Positions 53,909-64,000 of a stretch of DNA of 64,000 bases are shown in pieces. This DNA is from Cercozoa sp. M6MM. Its lineage: Eukaryota > Protista > Endomyxa: Ascetosporea. Numbering within the stretch: the stretch's first letter is position 1; the number at the start of each line of letters is the position of its first letter. The stretch is from the NCBI GenBank assembly GCA_040357565.1, contig JBDODJ010000038.1. One strand, 5' to 3'. The translations under genes were made by a program, and so were the position numbers. The notes below the pieces were generated by a model that searched no databases, was not told the DNA's origin, and saw nothing but the letters and a program-made list of their open reading frames with translations.

Positions 53909-55556
53909 TCAAGTGCGCAGAATACGCATTCTCGACCAGTCACAGTGCAATTCGGAGCCTTGCACTTCTTCGCCATTGGCTTTTTCGATCGCTAATGTGT
54001 GATTGCAGGAGTCATTTATATTGAACCGCGCGGATCCAGTCAAGTCAAGAATAATACCTTCAGTAGCATCGCCACGACGCCTGAACGTCACAAACGCGGT
54101 ATGACTCGTTTTGGCGACACGCACACTCACGATACCGCCGAATCTACGAATTTATGCATAGTTTTGCAATTTCTGTCTCCTGGTGAAAGCAGAGTACCCA
54201 GAGAAGAAATCTCGCACGTCGTGCCGTTGCCAGTGTGCAGGAATGTTGCCAACTAAAGAATACAACGAGTTGATTCTCATGCAAGGCAACTAAAGGCACG
54301 AGAGTACCCATGATAGTGCGACGAGCAACGGCAAAAGCATCCGGATCCACTGTATTTCCGAAACATAACAAAAGAGTGAAATTGAAGAAAGCTGCTGAAC
54401 CCGAAAGAAGCTGAGCTTGTTGCGGCCGAACGCTCAAATCACGGTCGTGTACTTGCACCAAATAGGACAATTGCACGGTGGGCATCAGTTGCCTGTCCAG
54501 CAAAGCAAAGTTAGAACACGAAAATCTGAAAAGAAAGAAACGAACTGAAGAGGATTGTCGCTCTTTTCCATTGCGAGAAAATGATTGAATTCCGCACTTT
54601 TGGAGTCCTCCACTTGCTTCGCTGCGTTCTCGACGAGCTGCAACGAAAATTTTAAAGTTGTGTGTTCGCGGGCAATCAAAAACACCTGTCGATTGTACTC
54701 GGCGAGATTGGCAGCACGTTGTGCCAATTGTTCCTCGGTCGGAGGCTCCAGTTTCGGCTTCAAGCTTGCACTAGGCCTATACAAAAACAGGTGAACAAAG
54801 ACTTTGAAATGTGACTTTGTACCTCGGCCTCGGTTTCGGCTGGACACTTTCGACGTACTCAGTCGCGTTCTCAGTCGTTTCGATCTGTTGCGTTGTTGTG
54901 TCCTCACTGCGACCGATTTCTTCAACGTCACTATCTTCCATTTTGCCTTTCGCGTGTTCTTCTATCCTCACTGCTTTGAACCAGCAAATCTCTTGAGAGA
55001 ATATAAAGTTGCAAAGGCAAAGTGAGTACCTTCATCTTCGACAGGCTCAGGTGGCGGCATCGATGGCAGAGGACGCTTCGTTTGCGAACCTGGTCGTTTC
55101 AACTTTCGCTCTACTCGCAACACTCAATGTTTAAGTCAAAAACAAAACATATTGAAAAAAACAAACCTGCGGGTTGCGCTTCTGCGCTCGTTTGATTTTT
55201 CGTGATCTTTCGTCGCTTTGGCAGAGTTTCTTCTGACTTCTGAGTCTCACTCAGCGTGCTTCTGAAGATCTGCGCAGTTTACAGAAACTTAATTTAAGCT
55301 CAAAACACGAACTTTATCGCAGAAAGTGCCTCAGCAGCCAGCGAGTGCGAAATCGTCGGAGCATCTGATCGATCCCGAGCTGCTGCATTGCGCGTTTCGC
55401 GGCGCGCCTGCTTTCGTCGCTCTTCCTGTGCGCAACAAATGAGCAAACACCCGAACTTCGAGAAAGAGACAAACTGACCGTTTTCTGCTTGTGCTGACGC
55501 CGCAACTGCTGCACACGCGCGAGGAAGAACCGCTCCTCGGGCGTCAGTTCCGACAT
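53909..55556 (-). CDS. NELFE: RRM protein, candidate negative elongation factor E
   Basis: C-terminal RRM RRTIM|VGNIP...TAFVTFRRRGDATE|AIEKANGEEVQGSELHCDWSR. The N-terminal ELTPEERFFLARVQQLRRQHK, EALSAIK and ERKLKRP occur in the same order as NELF-E LSEEEEALQKKFNKLKKKKK, GAISAIK and EGKLKDP. The RRM is secure; NELF-E identity is tentative. Confidence 0.55.
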
Positions 55557-55727
55557 TGCCAGTCTTGCACAACGCACGCAACTAAGAAAAGCAGCACAGT
55601 GTTTAAAGTACTAAACCTTCGGCTAGCTCATCTAAACCTTCTGGCGTGACAGAGAATTTGCTGGGGCGTACTTGATAAATTGGGAATATAATAAAAGTTG
55701 TTCCAAAGTTCGATTGAATAAAGAACG

Positions 55728-57500
55728 CTAAGTGCCTGTGGTGGCACCCATGCACAGTACAAGGAATGCGCACACTAGTGGTCGCACGTACAGAGGCCAA
55801 GCGCGCGAGAAGCAGTCAAACCAGAGGTCGGGACCAGCTTGGATGAGGGCAAACAGTATCCTGCGAAGCAAAACAGTAATAGCATGGTGCAAAGTGAAGA
55901 AGCTATACCCTAGCAGCAGTGTGGACACCAAGATGCTGCGGGCACGGTCGTTGAAGTGTCTATCGACAGGAAGCCGACAGGCAAGCGAGAACGCACATGC
56001 GATGGTGAAGCATTTCAACACAACGACACCCGCGAGAATCAGACGTGATTGAGGTCCAGTTGCCAGCAACTCTGTCATTTGCGCAGACGTCACAAACACA
56101 ATTTTTGTGTCGTCTGTTGCAACGACGAAATCTTGCGAAACAAACTTGACAGGCCAAGCCAGAATCGCAAGGTTCAACGCTCCCAACAGCGAGCACTGAG
56201 TGCTTTCAACATGTCACATTAACAGAAGAATTAAAGGCCAAAACGGACCTGCACACGTTCGACAGTGCGATGTGAATTGCACCAGAAGGAATACAACACA
56301 ATGCAGAAGGCGCAAGCCACCAAACTTGTGTTGTTGATGGCGGGGATGAAGCAGTGCACATTGGCGAGCTTGTTGACGAAAGCTGCAGCGGATATTTGAG
56401 TCGTTTCGTCCAGGTTCACGTCGTGAAAGACGCCAAAGCTCACTTCCAACTCGCTCAACTGCAGTTTTAAAAAGTTCAAAGACACTGAACCTAAACAAGT
56501 GTACAATAACGTTGAAATACAAATTCGATGGCAGCGTTCGTCTCGTTGTCGAAGCAGGTCGAAAGTGGTACAAAACTGAGAGCGATCAACACGATCGAAC
56601 AGAGCGCCAGGTAAAGCAAACAAATCTGCACTCGCTTTCGAGCTTGTTCAGGTGTCTGGTGATTGCTGCGAAGCTTTACAGCAAGGTTTCGGACCAGGAA
56701 GCAGTCACCCGACTCGATCGAAGTGAAGTCATCCGAGTCGCTGACCAATCGAAAGCTCGATGAAACTGACACAATGAAACCAAGATTTTTGAGGTACGAT
56801 TCGATCCCGGCCAGTCGCAAAGCATCCTCGGAATGCGTGTGCAACAGTCGCATCTGTGCAAACACGCGAAGTTTGTCAAGAGCCATCGCTCCGATACTGT
56901 CGCGAGAGCGCGACAGATGAGCAAAGTCGCCACGCGGCTCAACTTGCTTCTTTGCTCTTTTCACAGTGATTCGACGTCGCTTTCGACGTTTTTGTTTCTG
57001 AGACTCTAGTTTCTTGCGATCACACTCAAGCTTTTTCTCCAAATCGTCAATGCGATCCTGCAGGCCTCCAATCTGGAGACACCTGCTCTGCCGGAATGCT
57101 TCAACTTCAAGATCATCTGAAGAGGAGCCGCCACTGCCACTCGACAGCGTGCTCAAACTCACGCAGCGAGTACTTCCGTTTGAGTCGGAACTGTGCTCCT
57201 CATTGTCTGAGATGACGAAACGTTCCAAAAGCAGCGTTTCTTCAACTTGTTGGCAGTTCCACCAGAAAGAATCAAATACCATGGAACTGAAAGGTGCTAG
57301 CACGCAAGCGCGTGCTGAAGGTCCCATGGTACATGCGCCAGTGCACTGTAGGAAGACTACCGAAGAATCATCCTGGAACAGGGGCGGCAAAAGTTCGGCG
57401 CCGTGACGTGCATCTCGCCGCTGATGAAAAGAAAATGCACCCGGGTGATTAAAAGGCACTTAAGCCTACCAGAGCGGCCTAGTGATGCTGTCATTGCAGC
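55728..57500 (-). CDS. Hypothetical multi-pass membrane protein with N-terminal coiled/basic region
   Basis: Long ORF 56491-57459 plus hydrophobic exons down to 55728. 5' exons unresolved, so that coordinate is approximate. Confidence 0.5.
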
Positions 57501-57685
57501 GATCGCAGTCTGCCAGCAATATTCTTTCAAGTAATTACCGGCACTCCATGCAAGCTTGCAAGCAGAACGCTCTCCGCAGACGACAGCACTCCTCGAGGCG
57601 GTCGCATCTCGAGTCTACTTCAGGACAAAGCACAGAACGCTAAGCGTTTTTGCGCGAGACACAGTCCACCACAGCCTTGGAGAGA

Positions 57686-59455
57686 ATGCAGAGCGCACTC
57701 ATCAGTCGTGTGGCGCGTCGCTGTGGCGCCGCCTCGGTACACTGCGCACTACCTAGCGCTTAGCAGCCTGGTTGCGGCTGTTTTGAAGCTTGTTTTGCTG
57801 ATCGCTATTTTTGTTTTTGCATTTTGTTTTGCTTTTTTGTGTTTGGTATCTGTTGGTGTCGAAGAGATGTGTGCGTGTCTTGGCAGATGCGCATGGCGTC
57901 GTCGACAGCGCAGTTCGAGATGACGGAGGCTCTGGGCCACAAGATGCCGGAGCAGTTCATGCCGCCGTCGGTAAGTCAGTGAATCCAACCTGCAGAAGGA
58001 GAGGATAGTTGTGTGCCTGGCAATGTGCAGACGACGTCGGCCACGCGCGAGGAGCTGCTGCAGTACTACAAGGACATGTTCCGCGTGCGCCGCATGGAGC
58101 TCGCGTGCGACGCACTGTACAAGCAGAAGGCGATCCGTGGTTTCTGCCACCTGTACGACGGTCAGGAGGTACTTGTGTGTTGACTTGATTGAGTGCTTGT
58201 TAAGGATGCATTTGTTGCCAGGCTGTTGTGGTCGGTATGGAGGCTGCTTTGAAGCCGGAGGATCACGTGATCACGGCGTACCGCTGCCACGGCAACCAGC
58301 TGCTGCGTGCCGAAGGTGACAGCATGCGTGCCATCATGGCCGAGATGCTTGGCAAGGAGGGCGGATCCTCGGGTGGCAAGGTACACTGCTCCTACTCTTT
58401 CTTGTTGCTTGTGTTTACTTTGAGTCTATGTAGGGCGGCAGCATGCATCTGTACCTGCCGTCGCAGCGATTCTACGGCGGTAACGGCATTGTCGGCGCGC
58501 AGATCGCGGTCGGTGCTGGTGTCGCGTACGCCAACAAGTACCACAACCGCGACGAAGTGTGCGTCGCTCTTATGGGTGACGGCGCTGCCAACCAGGGTAC
58601 TCCCTTTACCCCTTTACCCCTACCCTTACCTCCTACCCTTACCCCTATCTTACCCCTCCCCTCTTAGGCCAGGTGTTTGAGTCGCTCAACATGGCGGCCC
58701 TGTGGAAGCTGCCGGCCATCTTCGTGGTCGAGAACAACAAGGTATACGAAGCAACAGGCTTGTTGTGTGTACTTCCAAAGGAGGCACTGAGCTGAAAGGA
58801 GGTACTGCTGTAGTACGCCATGGGCACGTCGATCAACCGCGGCACTGCGTCCGGCGAGTTCTACAAGCGCGGCGACTACGTAACGCACTGTGACTGCAGT
58901 GTGAGGTCACTGGGTCACACTCATGTTTGTGACAGGTGCCGGGCATCCGCGTGGACGGTCTGGACGCTCTGGCCGTGCGCGAAGGCTTCCGCGCGGCTCG
59001 CGAGTACGCGCTGAAGGAGGGCCCGATCATGGTGGAGGTGATGACCTACCGCTACCACGGCCACTCGATGAGTGACCCCGGCATCTCCTACCGCACGCGT
59101 GATGTACGTTCCCGGCCCTTCCGTGCCTTCTAGTATATTTACCCCCCCCCCCCCCCTTATTGGACAGGAGGTCGAGGACGTGCGCAAGACGAAGGACTGT
59201 ATCGCCAAGGTGAAGGCGCAGCTGCTGGACAACGGACTGGCCACGCAGGACGAGCTCAAGCAGATCGAGAAGGAGGCCAAGGCCGAGGTCAAGGACGCCG
59301 TCGACTACGCCAAGTCGCAGCCGCTGCCTGCCGACAAGGAGGTCTTCACCGACGTCTACGTCGAGAACCTTGAGCCGTTCACGCGCGGCCCCGACCTCTC
59401 GCAGTCCATCGGCCACTACGACGGTCTTGTCGTGCCCACCACGCCGCCGCAGTAG
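57686..59455 (+). CDS. PDHA1: Pyruvate dehydrogenase E1 alpha subunit, mitochondrial
   Basis: [39 protein letters not shown] motif [11 protein letters not shown] and [13 protein letters not shown], with an Arg-rich presequence. Confidence 0.97.
58601..58665 (+). repeat. Degenerate (CCCTTTA/CCCTTA/CCCTA)n C-rich tract in a PDH intron
   Basis: Seen directly. Confidence 0.8.
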
Positions 59456-59964
59456 ACGTTAGACGGTTTGGTTTTACTCCGATGTTACGGCATAGCGTTT
59501 CTCAACCAGTCAAATTGTCATCTGACTACTCGCCAGCGCGGACTAGTATGGTTTATGGCGTGCGCCAACCATGAAGTCGACTTCGGTGTCCGGGGAACGT
59601 CAACAGGTAAGCTGTGTGGTCCTATGCGGGCGGTAGACATGGCCATGCTCTTGTGACCCACGCCGACAACAGCTTTCTGTAGCTCACACACTTTGCAGTG
59701 CTTTGGGCTGTTTTTAATTGCCATCAACAGAGTAGTCGTCTTCAATACCTTAGCTACTGGTTTCCATACCGTATCAAGCAAACTGAAACCCAAGCAAACT
59801 AAAACTACGCTAGCTCAGCACCCGGCAGTGTACGAATGATTGCGGTTTTTACAACTTGTCGCAACGATTGTCACGGTGCCGAGCGCACGAACACAACACA
59901 CAAACACACACAGGACCGCCCGCACTTGGCAACTTTAACGCTAAAACGAAACAGCAGCCCGGCA

Positions 59965-61939
59965 CTACCGCTTCTTGCGCGGAGTCGAGGCACCCTGGGG
60001 ACATCAATAGAGTATTAAAGGTGTTGTAAGGGGACTACAACGCACCTGGAACAAGCCCGAGGTCTCCTCGAGTAGCGCGTCGTAGTTATTGTTCTCCAGG
60101 CGCGGTGTGAACGACTTCACACTCGACAGTCGAATTAGCGGATCGTTGCCATCGTCCGTCTTGGCTCTGCATGTTATTATATAAATAAACAAATAAATAA
60201 ATAAATAAATAAATAAATACATACACGTACATATATATATACATAGTACAGTAGTTAAAGTACCGCACGTCAACCGAGAGGTCGAGCAGCGAATTCGCCG
60301 ACGACGAGCGCGACACGGTGGCCGAAGAGGCAACCGAAGATGACGTCTCATCGTCTCTCCTGCTGCGTCGCGGATTGATGAGTCGCATCAGTGTCTGCTC
60401 GGCGTGCGCGTCATTCGACGCCTGTGCCGACTGGGTTGATGACACTCCCTGCACGCTGCTCATGCGTGCCGTCGGATCTACGATGCGTGCACCCGCCACT
60501 TCGGGCACCATGGGCGATGCTACACAACGGCATCAGTCGACTATACCTTAGAACAAAAATGCAAGAGAGCGAGCGTACTATTATTACTCGCTCTGTTGCG
60601 AAAGAACGGGAGTCGCTTGCGCAGACTGATCGTATCAAATGCGGTCGAACTGCGCCGATGCCTACCGGTGCGACCACTTTTTTTGTTTGGACTAACAGGC
60701 GTGCTCGCTGCGCCAATGTCGGTCTGCGAACTGTGCAACAGACATATTTTGGCACTTAAAACGTGGTAGACGTTAAAAGCTACCCCGCTGTCGTTGCGGC
60801 ACTACCGGCACTGCTGTTGGACTGTGTGCTCACCACCGAAAAGGCACTGCTGGTACGACGTGTTTGCCGTCGTCTGCAGAGGGTCAGAAAGTAAATATTC
60901 AAAACCCAAGGTGAAGACGAAAGAGTGTACACGCGGAAACTCGTCGGATTCGTGAGTCGCTCCAGCGAATCGGCTTCGTTTTTGCGTTCATCTTCGTGGT
61001 GCTCCTTGCCGCCGAGACCCGATACGCCGTCCAAGAGGTCGAAAAGCGAGTGTTTGCTCTATTATCACATCGGAAATAAGCAGACAACAAAAAACTAAAG
61101 AAATCAACGCACTTCTTCAGCAAGTTTCGCGCGTCGTTTCAGGAGCTTTTTGTACATGCGCTTTTGCTTTCGTGGCTCCAATACTGCCACAAGAAAGTTT
61201 CGACACACACTCGAGCCAAGGAGAAAAAGGCACCATTGCGAAATTCCGGTGACCGGAGAAACTTGGGCAGACTGTCGAGAGCCATGAGATGTGCCACACC
61301 GGCTACAAAAGCGTGCACACATACAAGAAACAACAAACCGAACAGGCAAAGCACGTACCCAAGGCTTCGGAAAACAAATCGTGGTTCGTTTGGAACGACA
61401 GCGACGCCGTGCCCAAACGGATGTCGTTGATTACTTGAGCAGACAGATTCACAGGCTGTGGCGCATCTGCCGCCATCTGAATTCATTTCCGTAAACAGAG
61501 TAGCAAAGGAACTCGTTGAAGATAAGTTTACATAGCGTGCGATAATGCTTTCGGCCTTTTGCTTTGGTGTGAGACGTGTTTCACTCGACTGTAATGACCG
61601 CTTGCACAGCAGCATGTACTCGAGAATGTCTCGGCCTACTTGAACAAACTCAATACTCCCCACGAGGCAAAGCACAACACAGCGAAATTACAGCAATCGA
61701 GATTCTCGGTGCAAAACACGCGGTTGAGGAACACATCGAATGCCTCAAAGAGCTCCGGGTCCAGAAAAATTTGCTTCAATGAGATGTGCTTGTCGTTCGG
61801 CAGAACATACCAGCCTACGTAAACCGACATTCGTGGAATGCCACAACTTTCAACTGAAATCGCTAAAGAAACTGCTTGCTACGGTACCCAGCTCTGTGAT
61901 CGGAGCCGCGCGTGCAGACTGCTCCATCTGTCCATTCAT
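59965..61939 (-). CDS. Regulator of G-protein signalling (soluble, N-terminal RGS box)
   Basis: SLKQIFLDPELFEAFDVFLNRVFCTENL, KAESIIARY|MAADAPQPVNLS and LFSEAL|AGVAHLMALDSLPKFLRSPEF, followed by a long Ser-rich disordered tail. Confidence 0.9.
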
Positions 61940-62585
61940 GCATACAACATAAGCGGTCACGCAGGCTCACTGAAGAAAGGTGATTCTATTCTCGTTTTTC
62001 CCAAATGGTCAAAAGAACAATTAAAAATGCGCAACCATCTCAGCTCTAGGAACGCCCAAAGAGTTGCTGTAAAAATTGCAACGCACAAAATTCACAGAAA
62101 CGGCGTTCGGTGTGCATTTCAGCACCAAAAAAACGCAAACAACCAACCACTCAGAGATCAGCTCGACAAGACCGATCGTTCTCGTGTCTCCGTGCTCAGC
62201 ACGTACACTCTAGCGTCGAATTCCAGTGCTCCGTGCCCAGCACGTACACTCTAGCAAGCCTATAGCCACGCAACGCCTCGGATGTCTCGAGACTGATTGA
62301 CAGTCGATCACAAACCGAACCGTTCCTGCTCCGACGACGCCTACGACGCCCCTAAAGGCAAGGAGCCAAATGCACGTGAGCTGACTTGCACGCGCCCTCG
62401 GAGAAGCCTCTCGAATCGATAGAGCAAAGCGAGCGAAAGTGAGCTCCGGACGACCACACGACAATTTTTGGTTAAGTGAGCGCCACAAGGGATCGACGCA
62501 AATGCAGGCACTTTCCGCCCCAGCTGTCCGCCCCAGTGCTGTGTGCTTTGCGTTGAAGAGTGCACTGTAACCACCGCGCGACACG

Positions 62586-63313
62586 ATGAGCTTTGTATTG
62601 CAAAAAAACACCTCTCTCGATGTGTTATGGGGAAACAATGCAGGCCAAGTGCCAGATCGCCGATGATGTACTGTCCGCCTTCCGCGACATTAAGCTGGTA
62701 CGCTGCAATTCTGCGTCACTGCTGGTTGGGACGGTTTGTGTGTATGTGATGAGCAGAAGAAGCTGTATCGCTATGTTCTGTTCGTGATGGCCGAGGACGG
62801 CACCATCGCTGTTGGCAAGAAGGGCGACCGAGATTCGACACATGAGGACTTTGTCAACGCTGTTCCGTCCTTTGACTGTCGCTATGTAGCTTTCTTTTCT
62901 GGTCATACTTGCAGACTTGATACTTGATACGATTGCAGGCCATCTACGACTACGAGTACTGCAGCACTGACGGCAGAAAGGTGTGTTCTCTACAGCTATT
63001 GAGTCGAGCAATAGGCCAGCAACAAAACTGCCTGTGTTCGGGTAGACAAGCAAGCTGTTCTTCATCAACTGGTCGCCGCTGAACGCGACGCCGCGTGCCA
63101 AGATTCGCTACACACAAGCCATGCTGTCGTTCCGCGAGCACTGCACCGGCACCGTGCACGCCGACGCACAGACTGAGGAAGATCTCGTGTACCACTCTAT
63201 ATCTTTATTGTTCAGCCTCTTGGTATGGCTACCCTCTCACTCTGTACATGTGCTACAGCGACCTGCTCGAGGACGAGGACGTCGCCGACGACGACAACGA
63301 TTCGGATTTCTAG
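62586..63313 (+). CDS. ADF/cofilin family actin-depolymerising factor
   Basis: MSF|AKCQIADDVLSAFRDIKL|KKLYRYVLF...DCRY|AIYDYEYCSTDGRK|TSKLFFINWSPLNATPRAKIRY, ending in an acidic C-tail. Alternative start at 62638. Confidence 0.92.
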
Positions 63314-63568
63314 AGTTATTTCTCTCAACCAGTGATGCGTGCTTGCTTCCCGTTTAATCTTGGCCGACTCAGTGTCGCCTGGGAAAACAGAAATCGAAAC
63401 ACCCAAAACGTTTTAAACGAATCGGCGCTCCAAACTGCTGGTCACGATGCAAGTTCAGACCTCTAGCATTCAGACTTAGCAGCTGTGTGTCCAAGCTCCT
63501 CTGGAGAGCGTTCGGAGCGATGGGAGGATCGATTGAAAATTCAACGGAACAGAAAAAACGAAGCAGCA

Positions 63569-64000
63569 CTAAGGAGAGTTGGCGCTAGTGACGCTCGGGC
63601 TCGGTGACGATTTCTGCTGCTGCTGCGCCAGCAGGCGACGCCGCTGCCAGCTGCTCAGCTCGCGCGGCACGAAGAGTTCATTGTCCAGCAGCACGACGGC
63701 GGCCGTCACGTCGTCCGGCGACTCGGGAAACTGCGGCGCCGACACTGCAGACCGCACGAATAAGTTATATCAGTACAGACAGACAAATTCGCAAATAGAT
63801 CGATCAATAAATAGATAAAGAAACTAAATAAATAAACTATATTATATATATATATATATATTACCAGCCCTACGAACGAGCGCACGCGCCGCGTGCAGCA
63901 GCCGATTTCTCGCCAGTGAGCCGAGTCTGGGGGGGGGGGGGGGAAAAGAGGTGGGTAAAACAGCAATGCAGCAAACCCATGGTGTCCGCCGAGCCCATGG
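63569..64000 (-). CDS. 3' end of an unidentified gene running off the window
   Basis: The last exon reads ...VSAPQFPESPDDVTAAVVLLDNELFVPRELSSWQRRRL...SP*, preceded by GT-AG introns with AT-rich and poly-C tracts. Confidence 0.5.

Noticed and set aside
58601-58665. Telomere-like repeat
   Set aside because: The units are mainly CCCTTTA/CCCTTA, not CCCTAA/CCCTAAA, and they lie in an intron pyrimidine tract.

Overview
This is eukaryotic nuclear DNA from a compact, intron-rich genome. It is most consistent with a flagellated, mitochondriate protist, but I cannot name the species from the sequence alone. By joining exons at GT-AG sites by eye I reconstruct about 31 protein-coding genes, with many 40-80 nt introns and short intergenic spacers. 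Strand alternates at 23 of 30 neighbouring pairs. Confidently recognised genes: IFT57, G-protein alpha, NOSIP, PDCD2, bL19m, CFAP20, uL10m, ARL16, eIF6, PP1 inhibitor-3, PDH E1-alpha, an RGS protein and ADF/cofilin. Probable genes: a TOPORS-like RING protein, SKI3/TTC37, TMEM237, two MLF paralogs, two C2H2 zinc-finger proteins, a signal-peptide histidine phosphatase and a double EF-hand-module protein. Three 100-N scaffold gaps fall inside introns, next to simple repeats. The most notable observations, mostly hidden in the ORF track because of splicing, are (1) a MOB (Mob1/phocein) kinase-adaptor domain fused to a PLC-type PH domain, (2) a candidate NELF-E pausing-factor subunit in an apparently non-animal genome, (3) a divergent UBA1-like E1 whose middle is probably lost in a gap, and (4) two MLF paralogs with differing introns. 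No rRNA, tRNA, CRISPR array or transposon was recognised. All homology calls come from recalled family motifs, not database searches, and exon boundaries are manual predictions.
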